Shown piece after piece: positions 14,215 through 26,650 of a stretch of 64,000 nt of DNA. Under the pieces are notes generated by a model that was not told the origin of the DNA, searched no databases, and worked only from the letters and a program-made list of their open reading frames with translations. The DNA lies in assembly GCA_012026655.1 (NCBI GenBank), contig JAAILG010001553.1, positions 1 through 64,000 on the forward strand, in the 5' to 3' direction. The DNA comes from Hydrolagus affinis. Its lineage: Eukaryota. The position numbers were made by a program, and so were the translations under genes. Positions within the stretch are counted from its first letter, which is position 1, and each line of letters opens with the position of its first letter.

Positions 14215-14648
14215 ATGTGTTGGGACACTGCTGTGCGCAATTGGCAATTCGCCCATAAATTGTAAATTTGTAAAGTCAATTCATGTTACAGTATATTCTG
14301 GTAAATGCCTTTCACGTCTAGAAGATGTGAAAAGCCCTATATCAAATGCAAGGATTATTATTATTATTTTAGACGCCTCAAAGCTTTCTAAACACCTCAA
14401 AGTGCTTCACAGAATATACTGTAAAGTGAAATAACTGTATATTTGTGGGTGAAATGCGGCAGCCGATTGAGCACAGCAGTGTCCCACAAACAGTCGTGAA
14501 TTGAAATGACCAATTTATTATTTTTTTGAGGGATTATTATTAGGCATGTGGAGTATAGAAACTTGCACGAGGTTTCGCCCTGCCTGGATTCGAACATAGG
14601 TCTCACACTTGTAAGGCGAGTGGACTAACCACTGAGCTACAGGACTCC
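14215..14648. mobile_element. Tail-to-tail SINE pair: plus-strand 3' half (14215-14368) and minus-strand near full copy (14371-14648)
   Basis: gggacactgctgtgcgcaattggc versus its reverse complement gccgattgagcacagcagtgtccc; tRNA head at 14580-14648. Confidence 0.85.
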
Positions 14649-15632
14649 ACAGGACTGCTTGTATGTGAAGCGAATAGCAAACAAGGTCAAACAACTGGAA
14701 AGTGCTGCAGTCTGCTAGACCTGAGCGATTGTCTCAATGATATAGTTTTTAGCCAAAGGCAGTGAATATCTAGAACCGATTTTTTTTTACACTATAATGC
14801 TCAGTAGGTTGCACTGGCACCTTTGCTCCAAAGAATATGATATAAGTCAAAACAAGAGCTTGATGTGACATTCCAATGCTGTATTGATTGAGCGCTGCAT
14901 TGTTGATTGCATACTAAACTGAGTTTTATCTGGATTTTATGGTGGTTCAGATGAATGTTTAAAGATCTGGTGATATTAATTTTAAAGAGCAGTAAATTCT
15001 CCTGTCTGATATTCCTTCTTTCATTCTTAATTCTCAAAAACTGTTCATTTACCTAATTTTTTTTGTGGGACATTGTTAACAGATTAGCTGACAAATTTGT
15101 CTTCATAACAGTCACTGCACTTCAGAGAAACTCATTGTTTAAAGCAATTTGAACGTTTTAATAATAAGACGCTATATCAGATTTTGCAAGTGATCCTCAC
15201 TGTAACAGTTCCTTTAAGAGTTCAAAATGCTCAAATATTTACAGTTCAAAATATAAAGTACAGTTTAGATTGTTTGTGAATTGATCTTAAATCACATAAG
15301 TTTTCCACATTAGATGTTTATCTTTCTATATTGGTAACAGTTGACACGTTTATCCAGTTTAAACCTTAAATGATTTATATACAATTTCCTGTCCATCCAT
15401 CAACTTGTCTACTTCACCTAACAGGAGTACTTGTGCTATATACAAACGCACAGCAGACCTGCCAAGCAACATTCTCTTCAGCTTAATTTAATTTGTTAAC
15501 TGGACTTATTAACGAACTTATTTTGTTGCTTTTCACAGTTTCCTAATTTTATATGAGATTTGTGAACTTTCCTGCAAATCTCACTCCTAACATTGCCCTG
15601 CCATTATGGTATGTTATGCTACTTTTGGAATA

Positions 15633-15812
15633 TGATAAACTCCTTATAACTCAACACTGAATTAATTTGTCACTACCACTTAAGTCATCATGCTGTCAAT
15701 ATTCCAGCTACATTTATTTCCATGCATGTACCTATGCTTAAGTCGCTACACTGGATAACTCATTATCGAACCCCTTTGCCATGGAATCACAAGTTATGAG
15801 GAGTTTACTGTA
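15633..15812. mobile_element. Degenerate Tc1/mariner (Tigger-type) MITE
   Basis: Left aaactccttataac versus right gttatgaggagtttactgTA (imperfect inverted termini, CAGTA-type end). Confidence 0.4.
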
Positions 15813-16204
15813 TTTCTTTTTATCAGTGTATATAAAAGCACACTTCCTGCCCTGAGTCCCTTAAATTCCCACCAAAGCCCACTCCAGTGTTGCGAAGAAC
15901 TATAATAATAACCATCACAGCCCCTTGTTTTCAGATTTTCAGTCTGAGAATAATTCTGCCCTTTTAAAATAAAATCAATGGGGAGGTGAAGGAAAAAAAG
16001 TACCTTTTATTTCCTTGCATTTATGTATCCTTCACATGTGTGCACCAATGTTGCTTCTTGCAGATAGTCTCTGAAATAGGGCCTTTCATTGCTATCCCTG
16101 TCATTGCAGGTAATTACCATCAACTGATGTGTTCAAGTGTGATTATCTTAAATGCAATGTCATCAACGCAGTGACATTTTGTTGTACTGATCCTATTTGA
16201 ACAG

Positions 16205-16324
16205 ACACAGTCCTACAGCAGACACACCCTGCCTCATGGGAAAAATACAAGCCAAGCTAAAGAGATTTTTCTGCGCCGTCAAGAGAGTCTCCTGAAGGAC
16301 GATTCCTCCCTGAGCACAATAAAG
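16205..16324 (+). CDS. slc9a2: SLC9A2-like coding exon (equivalent to exon 10)
   Basis: gaacag|ACA...AAG|gtacat; TQSYSRHTLPHGKNTSQAKEIFLRRQESLLKDDSSLSTIK (cf. NHE2 TLSYNRHSL...QAKEILIRR). Confidence 0.88.
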
Positions 16325-16901
16325 GTACATTCAGTGTTCAATCTCATCTGATAGATCTAAAAATAACAACAACTTGATATATATAAATTATATATACTGT
16401 ATATATATATATATACACATATATACACATTTTTCAAAGTCACATTTGCAAATGATACAATTTTATTTTTAAAGATTAACTCACTTTTTAAATCACTTTG
16501 TAAACACTTTTGCGTTCCATTTCCTCTTCCTGTTTGTTTGAGAACAACTTCTTGATGGAGAACAAACAATATCTTTTAAGTAACTAATTTTCTAAATACA
16601 GCTCAGTTGTCTATATTACATGAATGATGATGTTGTAATAAGAAAGCCAAGTGGGAATAAAGAAAGGTATGCTCTTATTCTGTATTCTCTGTAATCACAC
16701 TCTTCCTCTGCATTGCTGGTCGAGATATAATGCAATACAGAAATGTTTGGCCTTGTTAGACTCTTCAAATTTAAAATGCTGCCGTCATCATGGATTGATT
16801 CACACTTGCTGTTTGATGCTAGGAGGCATAGAACACAGGCTTGAAAAAAATACCTAAGAATAGTTCTGTATCCTTATTGTTTCCCTTCTTCCTGCCCACA
16901 G

Positions 16902-16965
16902 AGGAGATCACTTACAGGGTTGGTTGAGTCTCAAAAGAAGGGTAAACTGGCTCGATCCCTTACAG
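16902..16965 (+). CDS. slc9a2: SLC9A2-like probable coding exon (equivalent to exon 11)
   Basis: Strong pyrimidine tract + cacag|AGG...G|gtacca; RRSLTGLVESQKKGKLARSLT. Supplies the phase 0 to phase 1 change needed for the last exon, but protein similarity is weak. Confidence 0.65.
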
Positions 16966-18207
16966 GTACCAATTTAGCTTGTTTGCTTTGAATAACATTT
17001 ATCTACATTGATTGTCTGGACTCAGATACAAAAACTTGAGATTTACACACAATTGCGCAGACACCCACACACCCACACACAGTACCAAGATTCCTATTAA
17101 AAAAAACCTTGCATTGAATTGCTTTCTTAGTCACAACAGGAGGCTCCATCAGGACCATTATCGTTCTACTGTTTCTAATAAAGGAGTTTGTATTTTTCTG
17201 TTCGTGCAATTTTAAATATTATTAACTATCAAAATGTAAATTGCTATTATAGATACGAGAATGTGCATATAAAAAGTGATGAATTTCAGATTTTTGGCAT
17301 GAAGCTAGCCTTACAAGACGAGTGAACGTTTCAAAATGAGTCGATTTCTGTCCAAGGGTCATGTGCTTAATATTAGTATAAATTAAATTAAAATCACATC
17401 AAGCAATCATCTAAGATGCAGAATGCAGCTAACTGTATCCAATGGAGGAATCATGCACCTCAGACAACAGAAGCTCATTTAGATTGGATCTGAGTCATTG
17501 TGACAGCAGTTTAAACCCCCAGTCTGCTGATTCCTTTGTAAATTCTGGCAGTAGTGACCCAAAGCATTGAGTTTTCTATATATAAATCCCGGGCATTTTG
17601 GGGCCTATGTCACATGACTCGCGCTGTCTTTTCTTCATATACAAAGCTTACTGCACAGATTGGGGATAACTAAAATGAAGCTTTACTTGAAATGCATCTG
17701 TAATTGAGAGTGTGCTGTGCTCAAATAATAATCTCTGCCCCTGGAGAATAGGGTTCGGATTTAGCCTTGGGAAGAAAAAGAGATGAAGGTCATTTTTCAG
17801 GAATGGAGTGAAGTCAGAATTAAATGCAATTCCGGGCACAAAACAAATCTCATGGATTCTTAAATTAAAAGGTAATAAGTAAACCCTGACTCTATCAGAT
17901 AACAGTAATGGAACGTTTTTCATATTTTGCTCCCAGTGTCAACGTAAAACGCTTCTAAAGATCACGGAAAGCATTGCAGAAACGACTAGCTCTATAGTCC
18001 TCCTCAGTACACTTCAACCCCAATCTAGGTGGAGCATTCCAATCTGGAAAAATAATGCAGAATGAAGGCGCTTTGCAACAGCATTCACAAAATATTCATC
18101 AAGATTGAATCGGATGTGTCTTCTGCTAACTAAACATCGCAAGATCAATTGGGATAGTTTATTAGCCCATGACAAATAGACCCATTTGTTTTCACTTTAG
18201 GTATTGT

Positions 18208-18588
18208 AATAATTATCCTTGGATTTGATATAACAGCTTATCACGTCTTTGAGATGTCTCAAAGCGCATCGCAGAATACATTGTAAAGTGGGGTGAGTAT
18301 ATTATGTGGGCGAAACATGGCAGCCAGTTTGGCACAGCAGTGTCCAACAAACAGTTGTCAACTGAGCGACCAAATTATTATTATTATTATTTATTTATTT
18401 TTAAGGGATTATTACTCCCGGAAAAGCAACTCGCCAAGTGGCTAACAACCAGGTTCCTATTTACTGCGAGGTAAACAGAGGTGTAGGGAGTAAGGAAATT
18501 TGCCTAAGGTTTTGCCCACTCTGGGACTGAAACTCAGGTCCTCTTGCTTGCAAGGCGAGTGTTTTTACCCATACACTACAAGACTTCA
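18208..18588 (-). mobile_element. tRNA SINE, long form with CORE-like segment
   Basis: Contains the extra ~80-nt block (ggttcctatttactgcgaggtaaacagagg) that the short copies lack. Confidence 0.85.
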
Positions 18589-18684
18589 CCATATAGTGGG
18601 TAAGAATTGAGAGCTATGCCACTTACAATGAAACCTAATAATCTTTCATTGTGTTAAGATTTCCTTTGCATTTTTTTTCTGCAG

Positions 18685-19040
18685 TTGGAGGATATGGAGG
18701 CAGTAATAATGCCCAGAAGAAATCTACACAATTACCCAAGTCTCAGTCAGCCACAGCACATCAGCAACTTAGCAGCACAGAATGGATCAACGAGGAGGAA
18801 ACAGAAAATGCACAAAGTCCTGATGCAATTGATGGGAACCAGATACCAGAGAGGCTTGTTGATAATAGTGCAAAAGACAATAAGGTTGGACCCAAATTAA
18901 AGTTGAGATTTGCCTCTCAAGATACAGAAGGAAATGAATTGGCACCGAATGGAAATAGTAATGGGCAGAGAACATCAAGTATACCCCGAGTAGTGCACCA
19001 ATTCTCTGAACACCTTAGTGATCGGGAGCACACTGAATAA
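18685..19040 (+). CDS. slc9a2: SLC9A2-like terminal coding exon with stop TAA
   Basis: ttttttttctgcag|TT; open to TAA at 19038-19040; hydrophilic tail containing EWINEEE (cf. NHE2 EWKNEVD). Confidence 0.75.
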
Positions 19041-19630
19041 GAAAGCGTATAGCAGCATGAAATTGATGGAGCACAAGTTGTTCCTTGAAATATTTAACTT
19101 TCATTCAAATTACAAGCTAAGCTTCCAAATGTAAATAGCATTTTCTAGCAGCATATTGCACTTTATGTAGTTTAAGGACAATATCAATTGTCACCACCTT
19201 CGAGCAGGTTATTACATTCCTCGAACAGCTAGCAATAGCCTGCTCAAAATTCCTGCAAAATGTCATCAATGTTGATCATGAGATAAGCTATCACTGAATG
19301 CTCTTGTATAATCCTTGTCATGTATTTTTTCTTCCTTCTTGTTGGTAATTTTATTGTTGTTGTTATTGTCGATAAGGCGTTCTATCAAATGCACGATTTG
19401 TTATATTATTATTATTATTATTATCAGGGACATGAATTAAAGAAGCCCAGAATGCAAGACAACTAGTCCACAGAGGTGCTCTGCTCACTGAGCTGTTTAT
19501 TTGGATAACCCCGCCACTCCAGCACCAACTTGACATCTGCAAATCACTGGCTGCAAATTTCTCTCATCAATTTATCACAGACCAAATTTGATGTATTTAA
19601 TGCAAATAATCTGTTTTCAAATGTAACAAC

Positions 19631-19966
19631 TAATAATAATAATAATCCTTGCATTTGATATAGCACTTTTCACATCTTATCGACGTCCCAAAGCGCTTCA
19701 CAGAATATACTGAAAAGTGAATTGACTGTATATTTGTGGGAGAATTGTGGCGGCCAATTGGACATAGCAGTGTCCCACAAACAGTCGTGGATTGAAATGA
19801 CCAATTTTATTATTGTGGTTTTTTTGGACTGATTATTAGGCGTGTGAAGTAAGGAAACTTGCCCAAGGTTTCGCCCTGACCTGCCTGGAATTGAACATAG
19901 GTCTCCCCAGCTTGATCTCCCCGGCTTGCAAGACAAGTGCTCTAACCACTAAACCACAGGAGCTCC
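19631..19966 (-). mobile_element. tRNA SINE, young short subfamily
   Basis: Carries the diagnostic CCCAGCTTG duplication; highly similar to the 55682 and 60397 copies. Confidence 0.9.
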
Positions 19967-21329
19967 ATGTAAGACCTCTTCATCCCTTGAGCTTTCTAAA
20001 CCACTGTATTTTTTTAGACATTAATTCAGAAAAAATCTCAAACAGTAGGATTAATTACAGTATTTGCATCAGGTCACTGCTTAAAATTCATAAACAATGA
20101 CAATGTTTATAATCTTATTTACAGAAAATGAATATAATATGAATGAAAGGCGCTTATTAATTAATAATTGCATATTGTACAATACACAGATCAAGAAATT
20201 TCCGGATAATTGGGAGTTACAAACTTGTAATTCAGTTGATTTGTCCTGATGACCTGCAATACTATAAGAAAAATGCTCTCATATATATTTTTTTACACCC
20301 CAAACTCTTTTGGTTTATTAACTGAACATAAATCTTGAAATTAAAATCAAGAGTGATTAGTGTACATACTAATGGAGATGATTACTTTTGACCTGAAAAT
20401 AATAATTGTGTGGGAGACTTCAATCGAAGCAGCAGAAGACAGAAATAACTGCTCATTATCTGTAGCTGTCTGAGCCAGACTTGTGGTTGTGGTCATTTCC
20501 ATCCTGAATCATTTCTTAGTGTTGATTTTCACTTGAAATGGTATCTGTAATTGTTTTCATTTCTACAAATAATTAACACACACATTTAAAGTAAGTAAAA
20601 GTGTAAACAGCAAATGGGAACAAAGATAAAAACATGTTGACAAGACACGTTTGCTGGAATTGGCAGTCAGTTTGTATGATTGCTGCAGTGATCATTAATA
20701 AATCTGTGGGAATGGTGGGGATTGATGAGTTGCACAGGTAACAAAAAATACAGTACTGTATATTGCATTTCTGTTACTTATCTGTACAAACTATGTTGAC
20801 AGCCATTGAGAATGATCAGTACAGTTTCCAAACATTTTGTGGTCAGTGATATTTTGTAATAATATGACTGGACAGATAGGATTTTCAGAAATTTAGTAAA
20901 TGTCTTATTTCTTGAAAATGTTGTCGCATAGATTTTATTATGTTTCTAAGTTGAATGAAATTTAACCACATCCAAGAAAAGCAAAATCCAGAAATGATTG
21001 TTGTTCACCTCTTACTCATACACTGTATTTCTACTAAATGGTTATGGCACATTCATTACCATTTGGGTTCTTTGTGTGAATCCAATTAATTGGACAATCA
21101 GATGCAGTGTGTCCCCATGGAGCTGAGATGTACAAGTCCTAACAAAGCTTAACTATTGTTGATATACGGCAGGTCTACTTCTCTTCAAGTATATCAATTA
21201 AAAATATTCCTGAAATAATGTTGATCTGTTTTTTTTTGGTAAAAGCAAGAAGTTCCCAATCACCTCAATGCAGTTTGTCATTTTTCATTATCAAGTTTTA
21301 AGAATGCATCCAACAGTCCAAATACAGTA

Positions 21330-22052
21330 CAATAGAAGCCTGTTTATCCGTGAATCGATGAACCAGCACTTCCGTATAACTGGCATGCCAGAAAAAAAGT
21401 CCCCTTTCGATAAACCGGAATGCATCCGGAACAATAGCACTGGAGCATTTGTAAATGCATAAATAATAATAGAATATTGGTACTTATTGTTAAAACTACT
21501 CTCTTGCGTTTCTCACCTTTCCTGGTAGATGCTGCTCTTGAAGCCATGATGTTGCGGTTGAGGTTTTTAGTCCAGCGATTCTTTTTAAAATGGAGTACGC
21601 CAAGCAGATGAAAAAAACAGAGCGCAATTTTAAGCCATACTAGCGGCAAGCCGATAACGCTAGTTGATAAACTACATTGTTGCACAGGTGCAGTATTTTG
21701 GTTTGCTGCTAGTAGAGTCTAGGGCTATCTGCTTGCCACTAGTAAAATTGTGAGACTTTAAAATCATGCTGCCATTTTTTCACCCGCTTGGCGTCCTCCA
21801 TTTAAAAAAGAATCGCTGGACTGTAAACCTCAATCAGTAAAGGTGAGAAGCACAAGAGAGTATTTTTAACAATAAATACCAATACAATATTCTGTAATTA
21901 TCTGTTATTATTTAGTCTGGTGTGTATGGTGTGTTAAAATAACTTTAATTTTCTTGTGGTGGGTTTTCGGCCGCGGGCCGCCCGAATATCTGGCAGGCGC
22001 TTTAACCGGCAATGGTCGATCCCGCGGGTGCCGGATAAACGGGCTTTTACTG
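21330..22052. mobile_element. Non-autonomous Tigger/pogo-type DNA transposon with internal inverted duplication
   Basis: TA-flanked imperfect TIRs (caatagaagcctgtttatccg / cggataaacgggcttttactg). Minus-strand peptide MASRAASTRKGEKRKRVVLTI resembles a pogo/CENP-B transposase N-terminus. Confidence 0.75.
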
Positions 22053-22610
22053 TATATACAAAAATATGCATTTGCCTGTGACGTGACTCTTTACCACATT
22101 GTTAAAACTTCTCGCTTCACAGTACTCTACTGTGGAATATTGGGACTGTATTTTTGTAGGTGAATATAACAACTAATTTGTGCAACGTCCCACCAACAAT
22201 CATACACATTTGATAGTTAAGTTAACTTTCCATGTCATCCGATAGCTCAGGTGGTGCAATGAGCAAACCATGAGGAAAGTGCACCATTGTGTAACTAAAC
22301 TGTCCTAGGAATGAAGCAATTGATATTCAGTTCAACTAGGCAAAAATTAGATGTTACAATTATTCATTTAATTAACAATTGACCTGGATCCAGTTTATCC
22401 TCAGCAAATAGCAAATGCCACAACTCGGCTGTCAAACATTCTTCAGTAGCTGTTGAAGTCTTGTGGGATTTTGATATTTAAGATAAAAAATATTTGATGG
22501 CATTACACTGTCTTCCCTGTCAGCTGCATAATTGTTTCTACTAAAGCTGACTTCAGCATCCAATGTTTACGTTTTAGACACTTTTAACACTGCCATCCAA
22601 CTGCCAGTGC

Positions 22611-22769
22611 ATATTGGGATTTTTATAGTGTTTTAGACTGCATGTTTCATCAGAACCAAGAAACTTAGTGCTTATTTTATCCTGAGGAATGAAATCCTAT
22701 GGATACAAGCACTAAGTTTCTTGGTTCTGATGAAACATGCAGCCTAAAACACTATAAAAATCCCAATAT
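22611..22769. repeat. Near-perfect inverted repeat, 63-bp arms, 33-nt spacer
   Basis: 22611-22673 is the reverse complement of 22707-22769 with one mismatch. Confidence 0.95.
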
Positions 22770-25080
22770 TCCTTATATCAGGAGGACATCTCGAAGCGTT
22801 TCATAGGTTTTCTATAAATTGTAGTGACTATTTTTAGGTAAATGTGGCTGTCAATTTGTGCACAGCAATATCCCACAAACATGAAGTGAATTACCAATTT
22901 TATTTGATCAAATTTCATTTGTGCATCCCTCTCTTTCAAATTGTGTATTTGCAGCATTCTTTATTTTAAGAAAGTATAATAATAAAAGTAGTGTACTTGA
23001 ATTTGATACCGGTCGTTACCGTGAAGAAATGTATCAAACACATTGCAGTGTACAGTACTTTGAAGCCTAGTGATTGTTATGTAGCCAAGTATAACAACTA
23101 ATCTGCACCTACATAATCCTGCAATGTGATGAAGGCCAATTAATCTGCTTTGGGAGACTGCTCTTGTGACTATTATTCATGTGTGAGCTTTGACAGTATG
23201 TGTTGGCAGGCGATTTGACACCAAAGACATTCCAGCCAAGACGGATCCTGTCGTTACCTGATGTCAACATGCTCTCTCGCACCCTCCAGCAAAAACCTGG
23301 ATAGTAATCTTAATTAGAATAATTATTTTATTTGATATAGCCCTTTCATGTCAGAAAGATGCCTCAAAGCGCTTCACAAAATGTACTGCAACATCGAATG
23401 ATTGTGTATTTTGTAAACAGGAACACTGGCTGATTTACCCCTCCCTAACCCATTAATTGTAGTGTCTGAAAAGTGTTTCTGGATGAGTAAAATGATGGTT
23501 TTATTGAATTATGTGACTGTCATTATGTATTACCAAACAGGAGTGAATGAGATAATGATTGAAGCTCAGCAGTAACAACACTTGGTTTCGGTTCACACAT
23601 GCAATTTCCCTTAAATAACAATTATAAAATTGCATTCTAAAATTTCTAACAACCATTCACTAGTCAAATCAATAATAATATATTATACATGTTTTGGTAC
23701 TTATTTTGGAATTTCTCTTACTGCAAGATGTCCACTTTATCTTCAACATTTGGGAGAACCATTGTGAACCTGCCTGTGAACATCAGTTTTAGGAATGATT
23801 AAAGCTTCTTGGTTAACATTACATGACAGGAGGTGCACATGAGATACTATTGGAAGCTCTCTGGAAAGGATGTCAAAGCTTGACTAGCAAAGAAAGTGCA
23901 GTCACATAACATCAGAGCGTGTTGAGGTTCAAGCACTGTGGAAACAAATGAGGTTGAATCTGGATAATACTACAGTTTCAAATCTTCTCATTATATCTAC
24001 TTGATTATTGCTGTTTGTCTTGGTAAAATAAATGTGTGCACTCGTGCTGCTAGTACAGTATTTGGTTGAGAGAAGCTTGCCTTGCTCTTTTGAACACCAT
24101 CATGCCACTGTATAGAAATTCAAAATGTTGGCTTAATTATCTGAAAGAACTGAGATTCCACTCTCAATCCTATTATATAAATATTTAACAATGTCGCTGC
24201 TTCCAAGCTGTCTGCTAGATTGCCTTAGCTTTTGTCAGTATGACATTCAACTAGAAGGTCATTTACTTATTCAAATTGCAGACATCCTTCAGTTAGAGGA
24301 ATTTTCAATAAATCTTCTGACACATTTTGTGGCTCAGCGATGGATCTCAGCTCTAAAGTAAAATAAATCGGCAAATTTATGAAACGGAAACATTTCTGAA
24401 TGAAACGTATGACTGCAGCTTTGTGCAATTTTAATCTGCAACATTTTTTAAAAGTGTCTTACTGATGGTCCAGTGTGTCTTTATTCTGCTGCTTTTTGTC
24501 CTTTGTTATTTTCTTATTAATAGACACCACGTTGATGGTGAAGTCCTGTATCAATAAATTAATATAAAATTATCTTACTGCTACACAAAGGTTGATTATC
24601 AGTTTACTATTGTTAACAGTTTTGCACTTCAGCTGGAATAGAAATGCAGGTTTCAGGGTTTGTTAATTTGCGTATTAGAGGAAAATCTATGCTGTTGAAT
24701 ATTGACCTCAACAACTATATGAGTATTTATTAAAATCTGATATTGCTAATGAGATCATTATTATCACATCCCATCTCTTCTGACGCTATGCAAATTTACC
24801 CCAGAAGTGCACAAATATTATGTTTGATAAAATCTTTCCATGAATTGCAAATGTAACAAAGCTTTCTGCAATAATTATTTTAGCCACATGATGGAGACAG
24901 TAGGCAATGATTGTGGTTTAAGTTGGAAATAATTGACAAATGCTGAGTTGGTGAACATATCAGAACAGCATTTGGGGAAAGAATCCATGTCGTTGGATTT
25001 GACCTACATTTGCGTGAAGTTACTTCAATATATTTTTTGAAAAACAAAATTGCCTCTTTGTTTAGTTTTTTTTGTTGCTA

Positions 25081-25491
25081 CAACAACAACAACAACTTTG
25101 ATTTATATAGCGCCCTCCACGCCAGACGGCGTCTCAGAGCGCTTCACAGTAGCGGATCCCAGGACCGAGCCAGGAGCAGGGGCAGGAAGGTGACCAAAAG
25201 CTCGGTCGAAGAGAAAGGTCTTCAACTGTGACCTGAAACTGGGAAGAGAGGGGGCGAGGCGAAGCGAGTGAGGAAGGGAGTTCCAGAGCCTCGGGGTGTA
25301 GTGTCTAAAGGCACGGCCGCCGAGGGTGGAGCGGAGGACTCGGGGGACATGGAGGAGGCCAGACCCAGAGGAACGAAGGCAGCGGGTGCTGGGTTGTGGG
25401 GAGAGGAGATCAGAGAGATAGGGGGGTGCAGAAGAGTGGAGGGATTTGAAAACAAGGGTGAGGATCTTGAAGTCAATCCTCTCTGGGATAG
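25081..25491 (-). mobile_element. L2 LINE 3' end (young)
   Basis: Minus-strand peptide ERIDFKILTLVFKSLHSSAPPYLSDLL...RAF..YTPRLWNSLP...FRSQLKTFLF is the L2 ORF2 C-terminus; (TTG)n tail. Confidence 0.92.
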
Positions 25492-26426
25492 ATGCCTGTG
25501 GCCTGCTACCACTTGGCCACAGGCATCTCACTCAAATTGCCATTGTATTTATGTGCGAGTCTTGACACGGAACGTTGCCGAGCTGTTTGACCACGGAGAA
25601 AATCAAAGCCGAACTCAATGCTCTCCTCACTCACCATCTGTACTCACGCACCTTCCATTAGAGCCACCGGATAGCAATTTGGACCACGACCTCTTCCTGA
25701 TTTTCCCCACTCATGGGAGCAGAGGTCAATTGGAACATTTCTACTGTTGCACTGACTGCAGTTGAATCCAGCTTGTATCATTCAGTGGATTGGATACATT
25801 TACAGAGCATAAAGGGGGAATCAGTCCAAATATCTTAACTCTATGTTACCTCATCTCATTGTGTTCTCTCATTAACCTTTCCTGTTTCTTACACTTTATT
25901 CCACGTTCTATTATAATTTCCATTTTCCTCTTATGTTGTACAATGATTTTTTTGTTCCAGGTGCCCCATGCCCATAAATCATGCATGGAATACTTGTCAG
26001 CACTGAGTGTAATAGAACTGCAGGATGCTGCACTTTGCCAGCAGGACAGCCTGCAAAATAAGTTTTTTTGAAATGTTCTCCAAATGTATTCCTTTTTTGG
26101 CCAGTTTTTAAAACTGGATTAAATATTACCCTTGCTGCAATGAAATGAGAATCTATCAAACTTTATTCTGCTTGACGTTTTGACATTTCTACGTGCTACA
26201 TCAAATGCATTAAAACACCATTTCTCTCTTAATCAGTGGTAAGAAATTCCATGAAGAGTTCTGCAGCTATGCCATATTTTAATTTCTAAGTACTGACCAT
26301 GAACTGGACTGGAGTTCAGCTGATGAAGCAAAACCAATAGAAAGTTGAGATGGGGGGGCATCTCATTCATTATAGTCTGCAGAGAACAATATGAATAAAC
26401 ATTCACTTATTCATGAAAAAACCCCG

Positions 26427-26650
26427 CAAAATACTGCAAAGGCTGGAAATCTGAAACAAAAACAGAAATCGCTGGGAACACTCAGCGGATCAGGCAGCAT
26501 CTATGGAGAAAGGAAAAGTGAGTCAACGTTTTGGGTCCACGACAGCACAGCATGACAGTTCTGACAAAGGGTCGTGAACCCGAAACTTTGACTCACATTT
26601 TCTTTCTCCATAGATGCTGAGTGTTCCTAGCGATTTCTGTTTTTGTTTCA
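26427..26650. mobile_element. Foldback element of the Penelope-derived type with a degenerate hammerhead ribozyme
   Basis: Arms tgaaacaaaaacagaaatcgctgggaacactcagc...atctatggagaaag...tgagtcaa and their reverse complement; centre CTGACAAAGGGTCGTGAACCCGAAAC. Confidence 0.7.

Larger units (their letters stand above)
3082..19040 (+). other. slc9a2: Gene span (5'-partial): sodium/hydrogen exchanger 2-like (SLC9A2/NHE2 family), 10 coding exons in window, 544 aa + stop
   Basis: Ten exons with AG/GT boundaries join in frame (251+218+197+90+71+165+103+120+64+356 = 1635 nt). Motifs [35 protein letters not shown] and SYSRHTL match plasma-membrane NHEs, closest to NHE2/NHE4. Confidence 0.93.

Noticed and set aside
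25268-25765. 165-aa + strand ORF (similar ORFs at 53708-54187 and 62108-62443)
   Set aside because: Antisense readings of GC-rich L2 sequence with no independent protein signature.
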